Assembly (NCBI RefSeq): GCF_009834535.1
Contig: NC_045725.1
Span: 3,658,001 to 3,722,000, forward strand
Length of the DNA stretch: 64,000 nucleotides
From: Camelus ferus
Lineage: Eukaryota
Direction of reading: 5' to 3'
Made by a program: the position numbers and the translations under genes. Position 1 is the stretch's first letter, and every line of letters begins with the position of its first letter. Positions 50,522 through 62,460 of the stretch are shown here, piece by piece. Under the pieces are notes generated by a model. That model did not search any database. It was given only the letters and a program-made list of their open reading frames with translations, and was not told the DNA's origin.

Positions 50522-50662
50522 CGGGGGAGGGCACAACTCAGGAGTAGAGCGTGTGCTTAGCAGGCACGAGACCCTGGGTTCAATCCCCAGCACCTCCACT
50601 ACAAATAAATATATAAATCTAACTACCCCCCCAAAAAAATTTTTTTAATTTAAAAAAATAAA
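50522..50662 (+). mobile_element. Camelid tRNA-derived SINE (vic-1-type) with 14-bp TSD
   Basis: A-box-like aactcaggagtagagc, B-box gggttcaatccc, a family-typical tail, and a perfect TSD taaattcaggaagt at 50508-50521 and 50663-50676. Confidence 0.93.
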
Positions 50663-51329
50663 TAAATTCAGGAAGTAAACGAGATTCTTGGGCTCCGTTA
50701 TGAACAGTTCAGACTCTCTGTGCCCAGACAAAAAACGTCATTTGCTTCTGCTTCTCCTGCACTCAAATCTTCACTTGCAGTCGCACAAGTCAGTTTCGTA
50801 TGGGTCCCATGAGAGCGTCATCTGAAGCTGCTAAACCCGGCGGCCTGCAGCTCACATACAGATCATCGCCATTACCAGCCCTGGGGCGTCCGTGCGGGGT
50901 TACTCCTTTCATCACCTCACCTCGTCCGTTGTACACTCATACACTCGTTTTTATTTCTCTCTTTCCGTCGACCGGGCCTTTCTATCGATCGCCAGCTCAC
51001 ACGTATGTTGTTTAAGCATGTGCTTTCCAAACCATTCGTCCCATCTCACATAATGATCAGGGTCATTACTAAGTCACATTGGTAGCTTGTATGTCTCACT
51101 AAGACAGAAGAAAGGAAAGGGACCAAAATAATGCATTCCTGCTTCATCAGACCCAGATTCCGCAGCTAAGCCATCTGGCAATCTCCATTTTAACCTTTAC
51201 TACTCCATCTCCCTTGACCCTATCTCCCCTTCAAAACCATCCTAACAACATGTAATCACTACAAACATCGGGTTCAAGGATGTTCACTGAAATGCATGAA
51301 GTGTTAAAAGACGGGAAAACTATGAAATA

Positions 51330-52020
51330 AATTATGGTAGAGTTGTATCATGGGATATCTGGTGAACGTAACAAAATCACGTCTTCATTTTTGACCCTAA
51401 AATTCCACTTTGGCATATTACTTCAGAAATGAATTATCAGGAGGTCCTCGTGAATATTTAGCTTCAAGTTATGTTTGTAGCTTCAGTATAAATGAGAAGA
51501 CTGATAACAACATAGATGTCTGATAACAGCTCACTTGTTAAGCTTTTTAACAGAACACTATGCAGCTAATAAAAATGACCATGCCGAGCATTACCCACTA
51601 TAGTTAAACAATATTATTTACTGTAAAATTAAATCATTATGACAGCTATATATAATGTATATGTGTATATATATTTATATAAATTATATATAATCATATA
51701 AACTGATGTAAATATATCAGATATTTCAAATAATTTGGTATGAATAATATTTAATATTATTTTGATAATATTTAAATATTTGATATAATCTATAATCATA
51801 TGTAATTTATATCAATATATTGATATTGATATAAATATACTCACACATATAATACTATTTTTATTCAAAATGCATAAAAATAGAAACAAAAAAACTAAAT
51901 AGATTAACAGTAGTCATTTCTATGTAAAGGGGTTTTTACTGATTTTTATTTCCTTATCCTTATTTTCTGTATTTTTGTTTTTCTTATAAAGAATCTATAA
52001 GCTTTGTAATTAAAAAAAGA
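51330..52020 (+). mobile_element. L1ME-type 3' region containing an AT-rich expansion
   Basis: tttgaccctaaaattccactttggc...gaacactatgcagctaataaaaatg...ttaacagtagtcatttct...gatttttatttcc. Confidence 0.7.
51650..51860. repeat. AT-rich tract with chained palindromes
   Basis: Inverted repeats at 51743-51761, 51767-51780 and 51809-51826. Confidence 0.9.
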
Positions 52021-52089
52021 CTAATAAAACCCTTATTTTGAAAACTATAATATGAAGAGACAAAATCAGAATACTACTTTCTACGTAAA

Positions 52090-52262
52090 GCACTGTCCAG
52101 ATGGGTTTTAAACCCTGGAGTGTAACACGCGTGCTTCACAGTGCTGCTGACATGTCTGCGATTGCTGCAAGGCTTGGTATTTGGGGTCCTTTTTGTTTTA
52201 TTCTTCATCCTTCTGCATTTCCCAAATTCTCTACAGAGAGCATACATTTTATAGTCAGGGAT
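52090..52262 (+). mobile_element. Second L1ME/MC-type 3' tip
   Basis: ccttctgcatttcccaaattctctacagagagcatacattttatagtcag. Confidence 0.65.
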
Positions 52263-52608
52263 AACAATTATGAGATATGGATAGAATTTGAGGGGTTTTT
52301 TTAATTTTAGATTTTAAATTTTAAAGTGAACAGAAATAGCACTTCCGTTCCTTTCATGCTTCCTAGAAGCCTTAGAACTTAGGGGCTTAAAAAAAAAATA
52401 AAGGAAAATGAAAACAGTAAGAAAATATAAATAAAAATAAAAAAGAATGCGAAATAGGAACTCGAACTCCTCTCATCTCTTTTCTTTACACTTTCTTTTT
52501 CAGCTGCCTCTCTACCGCCATAATGTTTACCAAACTCAGTGTTCAGAGTTTCATTGACAACCACAGGCGCGCTGACACTCACTTCCCTGTAGAGCTGTCA
52601 TAATAAAA

Positions 52609-52740
52609 NNNNNNNNNNNNNNNNNNNNNNNNNNNNNNNNNNNNNNNNNNNNNNNNNNNNNNNNNNNNNNNNNNNNNNNNNNNNNNNNNNNNNNNNNNNN
52701 NNNNNNNNNNNNNNNNNNNNNNNNNNNNNNNNNNNNNNNN
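52609..52740. other. Assembly gap (132 N)
   Basis: Run of N. Confidence 1.
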
Positions 52741-53689
52741 GTGGCTGGGAGTCAAGAATCGTATTTAATTCTTCTGTTTCCCATGTAACTTGAAGCACAG
52801 ATGAGGTGAGGGTGCCGTGGGGGGGCTCACCCAGGGACCTTTCAGAGCCCAGCACTGAGCACCTGGGGCGACAGGTGTGTGCATGTCAAGGTCAATGTCA
52901 GGGCAGAGGTGTCACGGAGGAGATGCAAGCTCACGCTCGTCTGGATGGGGTTAGACCAGGACATGCAGCTGACAGCAGGGACGGAATCGGGGCAGCCCGA
53001 GCGTCAGAGCCTGCATCCCGCAGCCGAAACCACTGTCAGAGTTCCAGCTGTCGTGCTGAGGGTGGACTGAAAAGAGGAATAAAATACCCGGAAATGAGGA
53101 CGGGGATCCTGACCTGCACGTAATCACAGCAGAGCATGGATCGCAAAGCATCACATCACAATTGTTATGCTCGGCTCAAATTACAGTCGAGGTGGCGACC
53201 ACAACGCAGAGCAATCAAAGGGACGTTCCAAGAAGGAAGTCACCTCCAGTCCTGTCTGAACGGGCCCAGCAAGGCTAACTACAGACAGAGACGCGGAGGC
53301 TTAGGGTTTGAAAGCCGGGCCCCAGAGCTGGTGGTAACATCTGCACGTCTGCAGATGGCCTCACTCAATCCAAGTGGCTGGTGTGGCATCCAATGCCCCT
53401 TTATGTTAAACGTGCCCTATCGGCAGGTGTGAATGGCTATCAGGGTCTCATTAAGAATGTGTACTCTTTGCAAGGAGTGCAAAACACTTCATGTCTGACC
53501 CTCCGTCCATCAGTTTTTGAGCTCCCTCCAATCTTAGCAGAGGCCCAGACAGGACACGTCACAACCCCAACCAGCCACCAGCGGTTCAGAGAGCTCAAGT
53601 AATGGGTTAACGTCCTCGTGACCCAGTGTTTGGGGACTTGGACAGCTAACAGGGTGGCCTCAAATGCAACAGATGTAAATGGATGACAT

Positions 53690-53830
53690 CATGACATTAA
53701 AGTCACTGAAACCTTGGAATAATAAGGGAACGCGTTTTACAAGACCGTTGTGAAGACTGCGTGAGAAGACAAGACACTGTGTAGAGACACTGACCAGCAC
53801 ACAGCAAGTGCCCAGCATGTGCGAGTCACT
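53690..53830 (+). mobile_element. MIR 3' part
   Basis: gaccgttgtgaagactgcgtgag...ctgaccagcacacagcaagtgcccagcatgtg. Confidence 0.5.
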
Positions 53831-53879
53831 AAAGCCTTGTTCTTGTTGGGCCCCGGGTATTTCCTCAGCATCTTACGGA

Positions 53880-54085
53880 TTCCAGCCACCTTCACGAGCA
53901 CTACCCGTGTTTGCCGCTCACCTGAGTCCTAAGAGAGACTGGAAGAGAAGCCACTGTAATTATTCCCATTTCCAGGTGAGGGACTGTGATCTCATGAAGG
54001 TTCAGTGTTTTATCTGGGGACAGTCTCCAGCAGTCATGGCCAGGACCCCAAGGCTCAGGGACTCTATGTCCAGTGCTCCACGCCA
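53880..54085 (-). mobile_element. MIR
   Basis: aattattcccatttccaggtgagggactgtgatctc...ctatgtccagtgctcc. Confidence 0.6.
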
Positions 54086-55949
54086 GGCTGCCCTTCCAGA
54101 ATCTCCAGCACCCACTGTCATATTTTCCTTATAAAATCGAATGATTTATAAACTCACTGAATGATGACACTGAAGCCATTCCATCAGGACTGTTCTGTTC
54201 AGTGGTGATACCCTGGCAGCCCACAAGGGGCTTGCTCCGCAGTGATCTCTTTAACTACTTCTTCTCCTTTGACCCTACATCCTCTTCAAGAAAGCTAACA
54301 ACCTATAATCAGTACAAACGTTGAGTTCAAGGATGCCATCCCTTTCCAAGCTCATCTGCAAGTCCTGGTGAGCCTCTCAGAGGCACCTTTCTCTCCCGGC
54401 TGGGGCCCCTAACCCACCCCAGAGCTCAGCAGCGTCTCCGGAAAACAAGAGGTGCAGGCACAACGTCAGTAATAGAAACACTGTTCTCCACGGAGACCCG
54501 CTGGGAGGAGGGGGCGCAGGGGGACCAGTCACCTTGCTCCTCAGTTCAGTCCTTTCAGTCACCCTTTGACAGGTGCGGAGGCAGAGCGCAGAGAGCCAAC
54601 AAGCTGACAAAGGCGGAATGTGACTCCAGGCGGGTCTGATTTAAAGCAACGCTCTCACCCACGATGCTGGTCGCCGCCCTGGGTTTGGGGGCGAGTGGGA
54701 ACCAGGACGTCAATGAACCTCCCTGCCCCCTCCGGTCCGTGCCCCTCCCGCAGATTCTGCAGGGAGGTGGGTGGGCTTTCCACCCGCCAGCTCTCGCCTG
54801 GCACCCTGCCCTCCTGAGCGCTCACCACCACGGACCCCCACCCGGGGCCCGTCCTGGCTTTCTGGTCAGGTTTCACTAGTTGAATAGAAACAGGCGCAGG
54901 AGGTCTGGTTAGTTGAAGAGTGACTCCACCTCGTAGGCAAAGAGAACCCGCCTCTTTCCGCCCCTCCTCACCTCTACCTAGAATCCTGGCCACTTCACCC
55001 CCCCCCCCCGATCCTCCCATTTCTGGAAGCATCCTTCATGCCTCCAGTGCCTGCAGGTGAGCAAGTGCCAAGCATTTGCTGGGCCACAGGGAGAGACGTG
55101 AGGGCCCTCGCAGGGCGCACTGTCAGCCGGGAAGTGTCACCTTTGTCTTGAAGAGCCTCAGGTATCAGCGAGCTACCAGGGCATCACAAGCCACCGCAAA
55201 ACTCAGAGGCTTCGAGATGAGAATTCTAACGCATCAGTTGTCGCAAGCTTATGAGTCGGCCGTGCAGGTCCGGTGACCACGGCCGGGCTCACTCACACAT
55301 CTGCCACCAGCTGATGGCTGGCTGGGGACTGACTGGTGGACATGGCCTTGGCTGGGACCCTTCAGCCTCCCCCATGGGTCCCACGTCCTCCGGCAGGCCA
55401 GCGTCCTCGTGGGAGTGGCACATGTCCAAGAAAGTGAAACACAAAAGCATGCTTTTCAGCTCAGCTTGTATGGAGTCTGTCCCATCGGCTGAGACAAGTC
55501 CCACGGTCATGGCTAACATTGATGGTGAAGGGCACTGGCGATGGCGGAGACACAGAGAGGCGGGAAAAACAGGGGCCATGAGTGTGACCCCACCACCACA
55601 CCCACTATAGGAAGGGCGTCTTCTTCCAGCCAACTCAAGCCCAGTTGGCTTCCATTTTAACCAGTTTCATCCTGAAACACATCCACTTTTCTCTCGGGGA
55701 CGTCACACCAGTTCTGCCCCCATAGAAGCTCCAGGGGCAAGCTAGCAAGTTCTACGCAGCCCGAGGCGGACGGCAGACGGGCCTCGGGAAGAGCATGTCC
55801 CGCAGAAGGACGGCAAGAGGGGTGGGAGGCACGAAACTCACATCCCACTTGGAACAGCATCTTCTCCAAAGAATGTCACGTTGTGAGTGGGAAGGGGGGA
55901 AACAGGGGGAACCCCAAACGTGACACCCTGAAGTCAGTTATTTTTCTCT

Positions 55950-56900
55950 CTGGACTAATTAAGCTTAACCAGAATGGTGGGCCTGTCAAACTCGGGGAAC
56001 CTTTCCTGAGAGACAAAAGGAACCTGCTCTCCAGGTGGGTTTTCCGGCATTGGCTGGCTCCCACCACGGTATACACTTGGCATCCATGACAGCACCGTCA
56101 AAAATAATAGCTAAAAAACTCACTGTCTGTCACAATGAAATAATTACGCATGGGGCTTTTCTTATAATAGAGATGGATTATATATTTCATTGAGGAAAAT
56201 ACATGTGCCTTTTAAAAGGAATGTACCGCATTGAGGGCACTGCTGAGATTAATAGCCAAATAAAGAATTTTTTAAAAAGTTCTCGGTGAGTGTGTGCGTG
56301 TGAGCGTGTCACTCACGGAGAGACGGGGGGTGTCAGTCCTAAGCTGGTTAATTACAAAATGCATAAATGTTTTATTACACCCTTATCAGTAATTAATCAC
56401 CACTTTGATGTAAAGTTCAGCCTCAGAAAAGTATTACAAAATTGTCCTTCATGTATGAATGAGGTTTTTTTGGGGTGAATAAAGACTGTGACAAAGATAA
56501 AAGTTCATTCCCCTTGGAAACCAGAACAGGATTAGTCCTGAATGATCACGTCTTCTCCTGGGTGTGTTCCCTGAGGGCGTGGGCGTGGATGAGGCCGGGA
56601 GCGAAGTAGGTGGAGACAGAAAGAAACTGAGACGGAAGAGCGACAGAGACAGAGAGAGAGACAGAGGGGGATGGAGAGGAGAGACAGGGCCACCAGCCCC
56701 AGCAGCAGCACTGCCAGAAGCTTCTCAGTGGTGTTCCTCAGGTGCAGAGTTTGCATGAAAATGCAAAACAGGATGCCCCATTCAGTAAATATTATCATTT
56801 TTATTCACTCATTAATTAAGTTGCTTAATTGCTGCTGTCAAAAGACTCTTGAGTTTGTGACGGGGGCTGCTGCACTGTTTTGATAGCAGCTGGAGGAGAG
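55950..56900. promoter_or_regulatory. Candidate developmental enhancer cluster (TAATTA, POU, MEIS motifs)
   Basis: TAATTA at 55956, 56141, 56349, 56390 and 56813; TGACAG at 56087; CTGTCA at 56127; inverted TTTGCAT-gaaa-ATGCAAA at 56750-56767. Unique, non-repeat sequence. Confidence 0.45.
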
Positions 56901-57667
56901 AGAGTGGCGGCTGGGAGTCGTGGGGCAGAAGCCCCAAGAGGGAGGTGGGAAAGGACCCGACGGCAGATGCAAGGAGGCAGGCGCTCCGAGAAGCCGCGGC
57001 CAGTCGTGGGGATGCTGGAGGACGGTGGCCACTGCCGGTGTCTGGTCATGCCGGTCATTTCTCGGTGAGGATCATTTTGATGCAGACTGTTTCCCTCTTT
57101 TAATCTAACTTTCCAAGAGGGACGGAAGGGAATGGACTGCGACCTTGGTGGTCAACACAGGTGCGCATCCTTTGTGTCTGTTTCGGGGGATCCGGCCGGA
57201 CATTTCAGAGCATCCACCCCTGTGCCCCATCATGTGCCCCTGCATCCCATCTGTGCGCCCCCGCTCTGAGTATTTCCTCCCTCGGGGACCACGTGTCCCA
57301 CGGAGCTGAAGCCAGACCTGCTCCGCAAACACACCAGAAATAGCCCACAGAGTGTCCTGGTGCTGACATTTGATTAACGCTCCCTGGCCTTTCCATGCTC
57401 AAATATGCTTTATTTGAAATATTTGAATAACCTTTGAGCACACCCCTCCTAATTTGTCACCCTGTGTAGACCCCCAAATCACGGGCTAATCCAGCAGCCT
57501 GGGCACCTCCTGCGCAGGGAGAGACGGCTCCCCTGCTGGAACCCAGGCTTCCTGGGGGGGGGGGGGCGTCTCCCCGCGGCTACTGCAGGGGCAAGGTCAC
57601 CAGGAGGCTGCTCAGTAAACACAGCTCACACACCTGACTGCCCCGACCCTCAAGTGCATCCACTCTG

Positions 57668-58128
57668 CAGTGGCCCCTTATCCACGGGGGATACGTTCCA
57701 AGAGTCCCTGTGGATGCCTGTGAGGTGCATCGTGTTGGACTGTGACTGTGTATGGTGCGGGCGTACCTGTGCAGGCCTGTGACAAAGTTTAATTTATAAA
57801 TTAGGCCCAGTAAGAGATTAACACCAGTAACTAATAATAAAGCAGAACAGTTACAACAATAGACTGTGCTAAAAGTTACGTGAACATGGTCTTTCTCTCA
57901 AAATATCTGACAGACCTGTCTTGCAGCCACGTGAGAGGGAGCAGGGCCCATGTGCTGAGATGAGGGGAGGTGTGTGACGCACACACTGTGAAGTGGCATT
58001 AGGTCCCTGCCGACCTGATGGTAAGTCAGGAGGACGGTCGGCTTTGGGGGGTCCTGGACCGCTGAGCCGTGAGATATACTTAAATGATTTGAGGACGCAG
58101 CAGCCCTACTGATAAGGTGGGATCCTAA
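57668..58128. mobile_element. MER44/Tigger7-derived (TcMar-Tigger) non-autonomous element
   Basis: Left end cagtggccccttatccacgggggatacgttccaaga; internal aaagtttaatttataaattaggcccagtaagagattaac; degenerate right TIR gataaggtgggatcc. Confidence 0.85.
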
Positions 58129-58678
58129 CCATGTATCAAGTCCACATACAGTGATGGTTGAGAAGCATACACGTCCTGCCATTGTAGACAGAAATGCTGA
58201 AGTCCACGTGCGCCTGGAAACCCAGAAGCTCAAACAGCACAGCTCAGAGCAGAGACCAGAGAGGGAGGTGGGAAACTTGCGAACTTACGACAAACTAGAA
58301 GACACCTAAACTGTGTTCTCATCATTACACTTCCAATCACATTCACTGATTTAAATGATCTCAGGCTCCTTAAAATAGCAACATGAACACAAAAGTTGAT
58401 CTAAAACAGAAACAGGACGGCATTCTGCTAGTGTATAAAATCTTTTCCAGGAAAAAGGCAAAATACCAAGGGGGAAAAATGGGGTTTGACACCGCATTAT
58501 GCTTGTCTTGTTACAAACACTCATGTTGCTGGCCTTTTCTTGAGTATAAGCTGAGACAGATTCAGAACGCTATAGATAACACGCTGGAACAGGATTCTAA
58601 AAACTTTAAAATGTAACTTTCCAGATCAAAAGACAAATTTTCTTAAAAAAAAACTAGAGAATTATTCGACCAGCTGCT

Positions 58679-58850
58679 TGTATTAGTCTTCTATTGCTGA
58701 TGTGACAAACTGCCACAAACTTGGTGGCTTAAAGTGACTCAAATCCACCACCTCACTGTCCCATGCGTCAGGGGGACAACACGAGCCTCCCTCACGGGGC
58801 CACGGTCAGGAAACCCGCTGGGGGAGCGATGTTGGGTCTCCGACCACTCG
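58679..58850 (-). mobile_element. MLT1B/C/D-type MaLR LTR fragment
   Basis: tgtattagtcttctattgctgatgtgacaaactgccacaaacttggtggcttaaa. Confidence 0.75.
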
Positions 58851-58859
58851 GGTACCTCT

Positions 58860-59850
58860 GAGTCCACCGTCGGGCGAAGACGTCGCGGGGACAGACGGCC
58901 GGGTTTCTGGAGAGGCGGGGAGCACGAGGATGGAGAGCGAGGCGGGCAGAGCTGGGCTCCCGGACCGAGGGGGAGCCACAGCCTCCAGGTGGAGGGGACA
59001 CTGGGGCCGTCTTGGAGCGCCTTTGCTTTTTAACGCCTGGTCTGGGGCAGAGAGGGAGAAGCAGAGGGAAAGGTCATTAACTCCGCAGCACACCCTCCTT
59101 CAGACTTCTGAAGCCCGCCAGCCCCAGGGGCCGGGTCACCACCCCATCGGGCGGAGTCGGGGAGCTCCCCAGAGGGGGCCTCCGCCCTCTCCCACCTGAG
59201 GCCTGGTGGGGAGCTCCCCACAGGGGTCCCCCCGAGAAACGAGGACTGCTTTGGGCCCCCTTTCTTTCCAGAAAACTGCGAGGCCGGGCAGGTGGCAGGA
59301 GAGCTCGGTTTGGTTCTGTGTTCTGGCTGGATGTGTTCCGGGCCGCCTTTGCCCGCCGGCCGGGCATCCCCGCCGCCCGGGGGCCCGGAGCCGCGCGCAC
59401 GCGCCGGGACAGCCAGCCCCGGTGGCGCTGAGGCTGCGCGTCTGATGTGGGGCTGGGAGGAGCCGGCCGGGTTAAGAGGCCTCTTGGCCCCTCGGAGGCC
59501 CTGTTCACACTTTCATGTTGGTCCGGGGTGAATGGGAGGTCGGGAGGTGAAACAGAGTTCACCCAGAAGTTGACTGATAGCGCTGGGTGTGCGGGAGGGG
59601 GCGTCTAGACCCAGGCCCGGGCCGGGAGGGCATCTGCCTGCCGAGAAGCTCCTGGCAGAGGCAGCCGGTGATGGATGGGCCGGGCCTGCACACAGGGCCA
59701 GGGTCTCGGCCGCACAGCCGGGGGGCCCCCCCACCGACAGCTGTGGGCAGCCGGGCCCCCCAGCACCTCCCGGGGCCCGGGAACCCAGCAGACGCAGCGC
59801 CGGGAAGCAGCGTCCCGGGTGCCTGGGCCGAGGCGGGAGGAAAAATGATT
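58860..59850. promoter_or_regulatory. ~1-kb CpG island-like region with no recognisable gene
   Basis: Sustained high GC and CpG density, e.g. ccgcgcgcacgcgccggg at ~59390. Confidence 0.6.
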
Positions 59851-61309
59851 CAATAACCACATCGCCTGTGCAGGAAAGGACTTTGCTCCTGTAGGAGCGA
59901 AGGCATCTTTCTGCCCCCACCGCCCAGTGTTGCTACGGGAAGGGTAATGACGAAGCTAGAAATTTCATCTGGAGAGGCCAGTGGCTGGCTGACTGAAAAA
60001 GTCCTTTTATGTCCAACTTCTGTCTCATCCCTTGAGGAAAACAAAACACAGCACAGCACAACTGTGACTGAGAAAGTTCAAGCAGCACGGAGGCGGGGCT
60101 CTGCCCGCCGGGTCACACCTGCTGCGCGGGACTTTGAACAGAGGGACTCGGAAATTGTTCCGGTGGATTCTCGCACGTGTGTCAAAGAGAACTCCCAGCC
60201 TCTGAGAGGGGAGGCCCTTCTGAAGGGTCAGCGTGGTCCCCCTTTGCCCTCCCCCAGCCCCACTCCCAAGAGCAAAGCAAAAACTTCAGAAGTAACACAG
60301 CCCTGAAATTCTCCCAATTGTGGTGACTTCAGGTGATCAAATGTGCCCTTTTTTTCCCTCCAGACAGAAAACGTGACTGGAGGCCGAGCACAGAGGTGGG
60401 CTTGGGGGATGTGTGGTCTGAGCCCTGCTAATTTCGGGCAAGCCTTCCTAGTTTCAAGTCTACCGCGGCCTCAGACTCCAGCTCACAACATGACCCTCTC
60501 GGTCCTCTGCATCCTCCTCCTCCTGGAAATGCAGACAGAGCAAAGGCAGGCTGCCCCACGTCTCCACAAAGTGAGGAAATGATCAGCTGGCAGACGTCTT
60601 GCCAAAAGGTATTCGTGGTGAACCTGACGTCAGAAGCCAGGGCGCAGGGGGTGGTGATGCCCCGTGGTCCTGGGCGCTGCGCAGGGTCTGTCTCCCTCGC
60701 AGCCTCCCTCCAGCCAGGCGACAGCTGCAAACGCCATTCTCCTAGGAAGAGCCAAGCGCAGCCAAGGGGGCAGGTCTAAGAGGAGCCCGCGTGCGTGAAG
60801 AAGGGGGACGAGACCACGAAGTAATGCACGATGAAGTTTCCACTTGGCAGAGAAACAGCCACACCGCTTCTTCTAGGCAGCCCCGTCCATTATCACGTGT
60901 GACTCCGTCCCAAATGGCCTTAAAGAGGGCAGCACACTCAGTGTGTTCTCAGATTCTGAACCCTCAGGAGTTTCCCCAGAAGTCTGGAGGCTTTTCAAGT
61001 CACTCTCCTTATAAATGATGGCTGGACACGGGGTTCTTCAAAGCCAAGGCAACTCAAACACCTAGACAGATGCCGCGTTTGTTTTTTAAGTGGTAAAACT
61101 ACACTCCACCCGGTGAAAGGAAAAAAGTTAAACGTTTATTAAAAGCTCAGATACAGAAGTAACTCGGGTGATGTCTGAGGAACGCAGCATGACTTACACA
61201 CCTCTTTTTCTGCTTTTCTGCCTTCACTGTTTTCTCCATTTTGAAAACACAATTTGCAACCAGCTTCTTTGGAGCGAGTGCCATGTGCTAGAGGAGAGAG
61301 AATTAGTAC

Positions 61310-62460
61310 CAGACATTAATGGAAAACAGAACAGAAGCTTTTGAAAGGACTGATAAAACAGACACATTTATAGAGAGAGAGAAATACACATGATCAACAA
61401 TGGAAATAGAAAAAGAGGAAAGTACACAAATAAAAGTAAAAATGTTTAAATCATAACAAAATAATGTATGCAGAGCATCATGCCAATCTTTTGAGCATAC
61501 AGAACAAATGAAATAGATGATTTTTAGGGAAACATGTTACCAAAATTATCCAACAAGGAAGGAGATAGTAAAACAACAAAAAAAACCTATTATACTAACA
61601 ATTTCTAAAGAAATTTAGAAATTAAAAAGCTTCTCAAATATCTCCCATAGAAGTTTTCAGGTACAGAATTACTTATCAGCTTTCAAGGGACACATAATTG
61701 CTTCTATTAGTTAAACTACCTTATAGCATAGAAAACGACGGAGAACTTCCCAGACGAATTCATGAAGCTAACTTTAAAGACAAAGGGAGGTAAAACAGGA
61801 GAAACTGAAGGATGTAGTTTCCCCTCACTTCTTAATGCAAGCGAAAGAAATTCTAAGTATTAACATAGCGGATCCAACAAAATAAAAAAGGGAAACACAC
61901 TAGGAAGTGGGTTCATTGCCCCACAAGTCAAATCTCGAAAGTCTGTTAACATGACTTAGTGCATTAATTATTAAAAAAGGAAATTTCACATAAGCATTTC
62001 ATCAGATGCAAAACATAGAGACTCAATAGAATTTAATAGCTATTCTTGTTTCTTAATAATATATTGTAAATTAAGATAGAAAGTTCTCAAACTGCCTAGG
62101 GAATGTATCTTCCCAAACACACAGCAAGTATTTTATACTAAATGATGAAACACTTGAAACATTCCAGTGAAGGCAAGAATATGGTAAGAATAACTAAATT
62201 CATTTTTTTCAATATCACTTTGGAATTCCAAATCAATGCAGTAAGAATATATTCAGAAGAAAATTGGGAAAGAATCCATGAAATCATCATTAGTTGCAAG
62301 TGATTTCTACTACATGTTAAAAAAAGAATCAAATTAGATGGCTCAGTCAAGTGACTGAACACAAGTTAGAATAAAAATTAGTCGGAGTCAGTATCTTTTT
62401 TTATGCAAAGACATCAAATTAGAAAATAAAATGAAAGTGAAAATCCAACTTAAAAAGTCA
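61310..62460 (+). mobile_element. Very old L1 ORF2 fragment (L1ME-like)
   Basis: A-rich sense strand with L1 ORF2-like segments (gaacttcccagacgaattcatgaagc; gaaacacttgaaacattccagtgaaggcaagaat; aaatcaatgcagtaag). Confidence 0.7.

Noticed and set aside
53690-54085. Tail-to-tail MIR pair as a possible dsRNA hairpin
   Set aside because: Both copies are too diverged for stable pairing, and there is no evidence of transcription.
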